From NCBI GenBank assembly GCA_005877615.1, contig VBOD01000107.1, positions 1 to 53,464 of the forward strand: a DNA stretch of 53,464 bases, in the 5' to 3' direction. A program made the translations under genes and the position numbers. The DNA is from Nitrospirota bacterium. Its GTDB lineage: Bacteria; Nitrospirota; Nitrospiria; Nitrospirales; NS-4. This document shows, in pieces, positions 46,661-53,464 of the stretch. The notes under the pieces are model-generated. The model saw only the letters and a program-made list of their open reading frames with translations, did no database searches and was not told where the DNA came from. How positions within the stretch are numbered: position 1 is the first letter of the stretch; every line of letters starts with the position of its first letter.

Positions 46661-48009
46661 TTCGCGCCACGTTCCTCATCGCAGCGCTCGCAGTCGGGAG
46701 CGTCCTGCCCGGTGCGGCCCACGCCGTCGGGATCAAACCGACTCGCGTGGTCACGGAGAATGGCATGACCGTGCTCATCGCGGACCGGCCCTCTCTCCCC
46801 ATCGTTACCGTGAACGTGCTCATCAAAGCCGGCTCGGTCTATGATCCGGACGCCAAGGCCGGCTTGTCCTACATGGTGGCCAGCACGCTCGACGAAGGCA
46901 CCACAACCCGCAGCGCGGTTCAAATCGCCGAGCAGATCGAGTTCATCGGAGGCGAGCTGTCGACCGAGGGCGGAGAAGACTCTGCGTCCGCGAAACTCCG
47001 GGTGCTGAAGAAGGACGCGGACCTCGGATTCACGCTTCTGGCCGACATCCTGATGAATCCCAAGTTCGACGCCAAGGAGGTCGCACGCGTTCGCGACGAG
47101 CTGGTGGGCTTCCTCCGGTCGGAGCAGGACGAACCGGGCACCATCGCCAGCAAAGCCTTCAACGAGATCGTGTTCAAGGGCCATCCCTACCGGCGGCCGG
47201 CCAACGGTGAGGAAAAGACCGTGACCAAGCTCGTCAGGCAGGACCTGCTCGCGTTCCACGACCGGTTCTACCGCCCGAACCGCGCCATCATGGCCATCGT
47301 CGGCGACCTCCGGGAGGCCGAGGCCATCGCTCTGGTCAAGAAGCACTTCGGCAAATGGGCGCCGAAAGAGCTTACGCTCCCGGCCTTCCCCGCCCCGGCA
47401 CCGTTGCCGAAGCCCATGCTCAAGCTGATCGACAAGGACCTCACGCAAGCGACCATCGTCCTGGGGCACGTCGGGATTGACCGGCGGAACCCGGATTTCT
47501 ACGCCGTGGCGGTGATGAACTACATCCTCGGCGGCGGCGGGTTCTCCTCGCGACTCGTGAACCGGATCCGCGACGAGCAGGGCCTGGCCTACGACGTGGA
47601 CAGCGTCTTCGAAGCGAATGTCATGCCGGGTCCTTTCGCCGTGCATGTGCAGACCCGGAATGCGGCGGCGAACCAGGCGCTTGCGAGCGTGTTCCAGGAA
47701 CTCAAGCGCATCCGGACCGACCCGGTCCGCGACCAAGAGCTGGCGGACGCCAAAGCCTACCTGATCGGGAGTTTCCCGCTGCGCATGGACACCAACGCGA
47801 AACTGGCCTCGCTGCTGAACCTCGTGGAACTGCACAGCCTCGGCCTGAGTTATTTCGACGATTATCCCAAGGCGATCGCGGCGGTGACGAACGAGGACGT
47901 GTTGCGGGTGGCCCGGAAATATCTCAACCCCGACCGCTACGCCCTGGTCGTCGTCGCCAAATTGGCCGAAGCCAAGATTGACACCAATGTCGTCTCCAAC
48001 GCGAAGTGA
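46657..48009 (+). CDS. M16 peptidase, non-catalytic partner subunit
   Basis: No HXXEH; ILGGGGFSSRL...IR...GLAY (R/Y pair); signal peptide. Confidence 0.92.
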   Translation: MIRATFLIAALAVGSVLPGAAHAVGIKPTRVVTENGMTVLIADRPSLPIVTVNVLIKAGSVYDPDAKAGLSYMVASTLDEGTTTRSAVQIAEQIEFIGGELSTEGGEDSASAKLRVLKKDADLGFTLLADILMNPKFDAKEVARVRDELVGFLRSEQDEPGTIASKAFNEIVFKGHPYRRPANGEEKTVTKLVRQDLLAFHDRFYRPNRAIMAIVGDLREAEAIALVKKHFGKWAPKELTLPAFPAPAPLPKPMLKLIDKDLTQATIVLGHVGIDRRNPDFYAVAVMNYILGGGGFSSRLVNRIRDEQGLAYDVDSVFEANVMPGPFAVHVQTRNAAANQALASVFQELKRIRTDPVRDQELADAKAYLIGSFPLRMDTNAKLASLLNLVELHSLGLSYFDDYPKAIAAVTNEDVLRVARKYLNPDRYALVVVAKLAEAKIDTNVVSNAK

Positions 48010-48817
48010 CGGCGGCACGGAGGCCCTTGACCGTCTCAGGACGATCATGGGCGACATGGGCTCTGTGCTCGTCGCGTTCTCCGGCGGCATCGACAGCACG
48101 CTCGTCCTGAAAGTGGCGCACGACGTGCTGGACGCGCGAGCCGTCGCAGTGACGGCGGTGTCGCCCACGTTCCCCGCGATTGAACTCGCCCTGTCCCAAA
48201 CAATCTGCAAGGAAATCGACGCCCGCCAGATCATCCACGAGACTGATCAGCTCCGTGACCCTGCGTTTGTCATGAACACCACCAGCAGGTGCTACCGGTG
48301 CAAGACGGACCTCTACTCGGCGCTGGTGCCCCTGGCCGCGCGGCTGGGGCTTGCCTATGTCGTGAACGGGGTGCAATGCGATGACCTGGGCGACGATCGC
48401 CCCGGCCTCCAGGCCGCGCGCGAGTCCAGCGTGCGGAGTCCCTTGGTGGAGGCCGCCATGGGCAAGGCAGCGGTCCGGAAGGCGGCGCGATTGCTGGGGC
48501 TGTCGAACTGGGACAAGCCTGCGGCCGCATGTCTCGCCTCGCGCATCGCCCGCGGGGAGACGATCACCGTGGAGCGGCTCAGACGGATCGAGGCCGCCGA
48601 GGAGTTCCTGCTACGCGAGGGCTTCCGTCAGGTTCGTGTGCGGGATCACGGCGGGAATGCACGGGTCGAGGTGGGGCAGGATGAACTCGTGCGGCTCTTC
48701 GAACCGATGATGCAAGACTTCATTACCAGTCGGCTCGCCGCACTGGGGTTCGCCACTGTGACGTTGGATCCTGCCGGCTACCGCCAAGGAAGCGCGAACA
48801 AGCCTCTCGTTCCGTAA
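47987..48817 (+). CDS. larE: LarE-family ATP-dependent sulfur transferase
   Basis: PP-loop AFSGGIDS, RCYRCK, DD.RPG, ACLASRI, RVRDHG. Confidence 0.88.
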   Translation: MSSPTRSDGGTEALDRLRTIMGDMGSVLVAFSGGIDSTLVLKVAHDVLDARAVAVTAVSPTFPAIELALSQTICKEIDARQIIHETDQLRDPAFVMNTTSRCYRCKTDLYSALVPLAARLGLAYVVNGVQCDDLGDDRPGLQAARESSVRSPLVEAAMGKAAVRKAARLLGLSNWDKPAAACLASRIARGETITVERLRRIEAAEEFLLREGFRQVRVRDHGGNARVEVGQDELVRLFEPMMQDFITSRLAALGFATVTLDPAGYRQGSANKPLVP

Positions 48818-48833
48818 GCAAGGGGACAACCCC

Positions 48834-49244
48834 TCAGGACTGTGGGTTGGTTTGCAGCAGCTCCCGCACTTTTCTGACAAAGGCCTCGATGGGGAAGGGC
48901 TTTTGGAGAAAGTTTGCCATGTCAGGATCCCGAAGCTTCTCGCGGACGATCTCAAGCGGGTAACCGGAGATGTAGAGCACTTTCATGTGCGGGCGCGAGG
49001 ATGTCACCATGGAGGCCAATTCGCGCCCGTTAATCCCGGGCATCATGACATCCGCGACCATCAAGTGGATGGGGCCTTCATGCCGTCTGGCCATCAGGAG
49101 AGCCTCGCTGTTGACACGGGCCTCCAAGACGGTGTACCCCTGCTGCTCGAGACTCTCACGAAGCAGAGCCCGGACCGACTCATCGTCGTCCACGAGCAGA
49201 ATGGTCTCCATACCCGGGTCGGCCTTTCGCGTGGTGCCACTCAT
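48834..49244 (-). CDS. Single-domain response regulator
   Basis: ILLVDDD, VADVMMPG (phospho-Asp), ISGY, FLQKPF. Confidence 0.9.
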   Translation of the reverse strand: MSGTTRKADPGMETILLVDDDESVRALLRESLEQQGYTVLEARVNSEALLMARRHEGPIHLMVADVMMPGINGRELASMVTSSRPHMKVLYISGYPLEIVREKLRDPDMANFLQKPFPIEAFVRKVRELLQTNPQS

Positions 49245-49310
49245 AGGAGTCAATCTTACCGCCACGCGGGTTCCTGTGGAAGAGGTTATTTTACAGGCCT
49301 GGGGTGTGCC

Positions 49311-49339
49311 TTGTGCACTCCGGCAGTCAGAACTAGAAT
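49311..49339 (+). promoter_or_regulatory. Putative sigma70 promoter for the GYD gene
   Basis: TTGTGC-17-TAGAAT. Confidence 0.45.
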
Positions 49340-49413
49340 GAATGCCGCCTGAGGTCGCATGCTGTGAACCTTGAGCCCGCCAATGAAGACGGACGCCGCA
49401 AGAGGAGGAGACT

Positions 49414-49719
49414 ATGCCAATCTACGTGAGCCTGGTGAAGTTCACGCGGGAAGGGATCATGACGATGAAGGAACAGGGCATCGACCGGTCCGAGAAGGTG
49501 AAGAAGAACATTGAGGAGCTGGGCGGGAAACTAATCGCCGCCTATTATTGTCTCGGGGAATACGATGTGGTGGCCATCCTACAGTTCCCGGACAACAAGA
49601 CAGCCATGAAGGCGGCGGTCAAGAACGCCTCGCTCGGACACATCTCGATCACAACGATGCCGGCATTGCCAAGAGATGAATGGGCCACGCTGTTGCGTGA
49701 GGTCTGGAAGAAGAAATAG
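49414..49719 (+). CDS. GYD-domain protein
   Basis: YVSLVKFT.EG, GGKL...Y..LGEYDVV.I...PD. Confidence 0.88.
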   Translation: MPIYVSLVKFTREGIMTMKEQGIDRSEKVKKNIEELGGKLIAAYYCLGEYDVVAILQFPDNKTAMKAAVKNASLGHISITTMPALPRDEWATLLREVWKKK

Positions 49720-49725
49720 GGCTGG

Positions 49726-50235
49726 TTAGCTTTTCTCGAAGTCCTTGGCGACCGCGGTGAGGGCCTCGTCGGCCAGTCTCTTATGGTCGGCGTCCGTCAG
49801 GCTTCGCTCGAGCACTCTCTCAGCGACGCGCAGGCCCAGTTCGCCGGCGTAGCGGCGCACCTCCTCCAGCGCCGTGCGGCGCTCCTGCTCGATCTCGCGG
49901 GCGGCATTCGCCTTAATCCGCTCCGCTTCGGCCGACATCCGGCGCTCGTTCTCTTCCATCATTTGCTGCGCCCGGACCTTGGCCTGGGCAATCATCTCCT
50001 CCGCCTCTTTTTGCGCGGACCTCATCTTGGCATCGTACTCGGCCATCCGCCGTTCGGCTTCCGCCCGCTGCCGCTCCGCCGCTTCGATGGTCTCGCGAAT
50101 TTTCCGCTCCCTGGCATCGAGGTTCTCCAGAATCCACGGAAAGGCATACTTGTAAAGGATGAGGAGCAGGATGCCAAAGGAGACCCACTCCCAGAAAAGC
50201 AGCGAGGAGAAGAACTGCGTGTCAAACTGCGGCAT
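49726..50235 (-). CDS. atpF: F0F1 ATP synthase subunit b
   Basis: MPQFD..FFSSLLFW, TM helix, P.IL..LDARE..I coiled coil. Confidence 0.93.
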   Translation of the reverse strand: MPQFDTQFFSSLLFWEWVSFGILLLILYKYAFPWILENLDARERKIRETIEAAERQRAEAERRMAEYDAKMRSAQKEAEEMIAQAKVRAQQMMEENERRMSAEAERIKANAAREIEQERRTALEEVRRYAGELGLRVAERVLERSLTDADHKRLADEALTAVAKDFEKS

Positions 50236-50250
50236 GAGGACTTCGTCCTT

Positions 50251-50481
50251 TTATTTGCGCAGGCCCATGATGATGAAGGCAATCACAATCCCATAGAGTG
50301 CGATCGCTTCAACGAGCGCGAACCCGATCCACATATACTTGCCCACTCGGCCCTCCGCTTCCGGCTGGCGGGCCACCGCCTCGATCATCTTCCCGAAGAT
50401 GTACCCGATTCCCACACCGGCGCCGGCGAACCCGGCGGCCGCCAATCCCATTCCCAACAGTGCGGCCGATGCAGCGTCCAT
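50251..50481 (-). CDS. atpE: F0F1 ATP synthase subunit c
   Basis: GAGVGIG, ARQPE, LVEAIALY (ion-binding Glu, H+-type context). Confidence 0.97.
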   Translation of the reverse strand: MDAASAALLGMGLAAAGFAGAGVGIGYIFGKMIEAVARQPEAEGRVGKYMWIGFALVEAIALYGIVIAFIIMGLRK

Positions 50482-50515
50482 TCAGCGTTCTCCTTTCTCT
50501 CCGCGAGAGAGCCTG

Positions 50516-51409
50516 CTAGTGTGCGCCTTCAGCATGCCCGTGCAGGGTGATGGCATCGCCGAGGTATACACAGGTCAATATCGTAAAAATGTAAGCCTGA
50601 ATAAAGGCAATCCCGACTTCCAGGCCATTGATGGCGATGGAAAAGGCAAACGGGAGCCAACGGCTCCAGATCACGGTCAGGATAACTGGTATCAGAATGC
50701 ACATCCCGACAAGGCCCCACGTGCCTGTCGCAGCGATTACCCGACGCCGTCCCACAACCAATACAACCATGAGGATCAGGAGTCCGATTTTGACTGCCAG
50801 CGGGGCCGCTATCAAAGGAATTGAGACAACCATCCCAAAAAGGACAGCGAGAATCGTGTGCCCCGCCGTCATGTTGGCGAAGAGCCGGACCGCCAGTGAG
50901 AGCGGCCGCGCCAATTGGCTGACGAGTTCGATCGGCACCATGAGGGGAAGCAGCAACACGGGAGTCCCCGCCGGCATCAGGATCCCGAGAAACTTGATGC
51001 CGTGTAGCACGAACCCGACAACTATGCTCATGCTATACACGAACAACGCGAATGCTGCCGTGACAACGATCTGGCTGGTCACGGTGTACGAACCTGGGAT
51101 CAGCCCGAGGATGTTACAGAACAGAATGAACACGAACAGGGTCGCCACAAATGGAAAGAACTTCATACCTTTCTCACCCATCGTGTCCATGATCATATTC
51201 CTGATGAACTCCACCAAGATCTCGGCAAGGCTCTGCAGTCTCGTCGGGACGATCCGCTGCTGTCTGGCTGCAATGATCAGTAGGGAGGAGGCCAGGACGA
51301 TGATGATCCACATCATCACCACGGCTTTGTTTGGAGAAATATCCAGCCCGAACAGCGACAGCGACCCATAGGGGTGCAGTTCAAACGGGTGGAGGGGGTT
51401 GCTTTCCAT
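50516..51409 (-). CDS. atpB: F0F1 ATP synthase subunit a (with insertion)
   Basis: PTRLQS..E, NILGLIP, RPLSLAVRLFANMTAGH, LE..IAFIQAYIF. Confidence 0.96.
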   Translation of the reverse strand: MESNPLHPFELHPYGSLSLFGLDISPNKAVVMMWIIIVLASSLLIIAARQQRIVPTRLQSLAEILVEFIRNMIMDTMGEKGMKFFPFVATLFVFILFCNILGLIPGSYTVTSQIVVTAAFALFVYSMSIVVGFVLHGIKFLGILMPAGTPVLLLPLMVPIELVSQLARPLSLAVRLFANMTAGHTILAVLFGMVVSIPLIAAPLAVKIGLLILMVVLVVGRRRVIAATGTWGLVGMCILIPVILTVIWSRWLPFAFSIAINGLEVGIAFIQAYIFTILTCVYLGDAITLHGHAEGAH

Positions 51410-51412
51410 CGC

Positions 51413-51622
51413 TCAAAGACGTGACGCAGTCCGATACACGTTCAATAGACCCGCCGACATACCCAGGAAGACACCAATGATGATCCCGAACGGACTGGAG
51501 CTGAAATACGAGTCGGCCAGGTACCCCAAGCCGCCGCCAACGATCAGGGCGGCCACCAGCTCGACGCCGATCCGTGCGGCGATCGCGAGGCCTTTCCGGA
51601 ACGCATCGGGCTCATCTGCCAT
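51413..51622 (-). CDS. AtpZ/AtpI-family ATP synthase accessory protein
   Basis: GVELVA...VG.GLGY..D.YF...PFG...G..LG..AG..NVYR. Confidence 0.88.
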   Translation of the reverse strand: MADEPDAFRKGLAIAARIGVELVAALIVGGGLGYLADSYFSSSPFGIIIGVFLGMSAGLLNVYRTASRL

Positions 51623-51784
51623 ACAAATTGACAGCGCCTGCGGTTTCCAGCGGCGCCCTTATCGCCCGGTGAAAAATCGGGCGCCATCTAAACAGAATCG
51701 CTGAGGGAAGTCAAGGTTGCCGGATGCCTTGCTGGGGCCGTAACAGGTGGGTTAAGATGCCGCACACACCGAGGGCTCCTCACA

Positions 51785-53257
51785 GTGTTTCGAACCTCAC
51801 GCGAAACCTTCCTGAAGGCTTCCCCGCCCATCCCGCTGGCGACCGTCCTGCCGCTCCCGTCCTGCTCGACATTCGAGCTCTACCAACGCCTGGCTGGGGA
51901 CGGGCGCTGCCCCGTGCTGCTGGAGAGCGGCCAGGGACCCGGCGGTGTCGCCCCGGGACAGCGGTACTCGATCATCGGCGCTGATCCCGCGCTCCTGTTT
52001 CGCGGCACCGGGTCACACGTGGGCTGGTGCGCAAGAGGCGAGGAATGGATCATCCGTGCCGGGGATCCACTGGCGGCGCTTCGGGATCTGCTCACTCGCA
52101 TGGCCGTCCCCCGCCCTTCCGAGTTCCCTCCATTCTATGGCGGCGCCGTCGGCTATTTCGGCTATGACGTGGCCCGCTGGTTTGAGCGTCTCCCCCATCC
52201 TCCGCCCGATGACCTAGGTCTCCCAGATCTGGAGCTCGCCTTCCTCGACCTCGTGGCGGTCGTGGACCATCACCAGAAAGAGTTGTGGCTCATCTTCTGT
52301 CCCTTTGGGGAGCGCTTCATCAAGGAGTCGCGTGAGGAACTCTATGAAGAAGGGCAGGCTCGGCTGCTGGCGCTAGAGACCCGGCTGACAAGGTTGCGGC
52401 CCGTCTTGCCCGACACGAACCATCAGGTTGTGCCGCACGTGACGCCCGGCATGTCAGAGGCCGACTATACGGATCGGGTGCGACGGTGCCTCGACTACAT
52501 TGCAGCCGGAGACACCTATCAGGCCAATCTGTCCCATCGATTCGCCGTCGGTTTGGGTGGGCGGTCGCCGCGCTCCATCTACCGCCGCCTGCGTGAGATC
52601 AATCCCGCGCCCTTCGCCGCCTTGCTTGAACTGCCGGACGTCACGCTGGTCAGTTGCTCGCCGGAACGGCTCGTGCGGATCAGCGGGATCGAGGCGGAAA
52701 CCCGGCCGATCGCCGGCACCCGCCCGCGCGGCGCCTCCACGGACGAGGACCGCCTCCTGATCGAAGACCTGCTGATGAGCCCGAAAGAGCGAGCCGAGCA
52801 CATCATGCTCGTGGACCTGGAACGCAACGACCTGGGGCGCGTGTGTACCTTTGGCAGCGTCCGCGTGGATGAGTTCATGGTCATCGAGCGCTATTCGCAC
52901 GTGAGCCACATCGTGACCAACATCCGCGGCCGGCTCGCGCCAGGCAAGGACGCGCTGGACGTGCTCCGCGCGGTCTTCCCGGGGGGAACCGTGACGGGCG
53001 TGCCCAAGGTCCGCTGCATGGAGATCATCGACGAACTGGAGCCGGTCCGCCGCGGGCCTTACACCGGCTCCATCGGTTATCTCAGCCCGAGCGGTGACCT
53101 GGACCTGAATATCATCATCCGGACGTTGGTCATCGCAGGCGAGCGCGCCTACCTCCAGGTGGGCGCCGGCATCGTCGCGGACTCCGACCCGGCGCGTGAG
53201 TATCAGGAGACGTTGTACAAAGCTGAAGCGCTGCTGAAGGCCCTGAGAGAATCCTGA
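51785..53257 (+). CDS. pabB: Aminodeoxychorismate synthase component I / anthranilate synthase I family
   Basis: LLES, GGAVGYFGYD, YQANLS, SPER, RPIAGT, MLVDLERNDL, FPGGTVTG.PK, GAGIV.DS; followed by a class IV aminotransferase. Confidence 0.85.
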   Translation: MFRTSRETFLKASPPIPLATVLPLPSCSTFELYQRLAGDGRCPVLLESGQGPGGVAPGQRYSIIGADPALLFRGTGSHVGWCARGEEWIIRAGDPLAALRDLLTRMAVPRPSEFPPFYGGAVGYFGYDVARWFERLPHPPPDDLGLPDLELAFLDLVAVVDHHQKELWLIFCPFGERFIKESREELYEEGQARLLALETRLTRLRPVLPDTNHQVVPHVTPGMSEADYTDRVRRCLDYIAAGDTYQANLSHRFAVGLGGRSPRSIYRRLREINPAPFAALLELPDVTLVSCSPERLVRISGIEAETRPIAGTRPRGASTDEDRLLIEDLLMSPKERAEHIMLVDLERNDLGRVCTFGSVRVDEFMVIERYSHVSHIVTNIRGRLAPGKDALDVLRAVFPGGTVTGVPKVRCMEIIDELEPVRRGPYTGSIGYLSPSGDLDLNIIIRTLVIAGERAYLQVGAGIVADSDPAREYQETLYKAEALLKALRES

Positions 53258-53260
53258 GCG

Positions 53261-53464
53261 ATGTGGATTTATCTGAATAACCGGTTCGTGTCGAAGGAGG
53301 AGGCGAAGATCTCGGTCTTCGATCACGGCTTCCTGTACGGCGACGGCGTCTTCGAGACCCTGCGGAGCTATGGAGGAAAGGTCTTCATGTTGAGCGAGCA
53401 CATCGCTCGCCTGGAACAGTCGGCGGCCCGCCTTCATATCCCCATGCCGGTCAAGCGCAGCCGG
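53261..53464 (+). CDS. Class IV aminotransferase (PabC/IlvE-like), 5' part (runs off the window end)
   Basis: MWIYLN..FV...AKISVFDHGFLYGDGVFETLR, H..RL..SA. Confidence 0.9.
   Translation, partial: MWIYLNNRFVSKEEAKISVFDHGFLYGDGVFETLRSYGGKVFMLSEHIARLEQSAARLHIPMPVKRSR

Noticed and set aside
44768-48234. Long antisense ORFs (600 and 554 aa) and similar shadows such as 7137-8762 and 38360-39901
   Set aside because: They lie opposite well-supported genes, as expected for GC-rich codon bias, and show no recognisable motifs
14452-48817. A sulfur/cofactor system made of two rhodaneses, MoaB, a ferredoxin and LarE
   Set aside because: The genes are scattered over more than 30 kb on different strands with no operon link

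Overview
GC-rich bacterial chromosomal window, most likely Nitrospirota. This is inferred from gene order (argC-argJ-rpsB-tsf-pyrH-frr-alr-mlaEFD; zapB-zapA-ssrS-rny-ymdB-xseAB-tlyA; a stand-alone F0 atpZ-B-E-F cluster), not from a database search. Most of the window is housekeeping: translation, Mla transport, RNA decay, cell division, ATP synthase F0 and folate synthesis. Many small accessory and hypothetical genes lie between about 8.3 and 34 kb. No rRNA, tRNA, CRISPR array, integrase or transposase was seen. The most unusual segment is about 8.66-10.70 kb, bracketed by two copies of one REP-like palindrome. It holds a heptad-repeat coiled-coil gene, a pile-up of other palindromic repeat types, a truncated gene remnant and a J-domain (HPD)-Pro linker-ERCC4/XPF nuclease fusion, a candidate chaperone-coupled nuclease or defence module. 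Other points of note are an ATP synthase a-subunit with about two extra hydrophobic helices, a probable AUU start codon for RNase Y downstream of a 6S-like RNA, a covarying hairpin repeat that has entered coding sequence, and several apparently leaderless genes. All calls come from reading motifs by eye; no searches were run.
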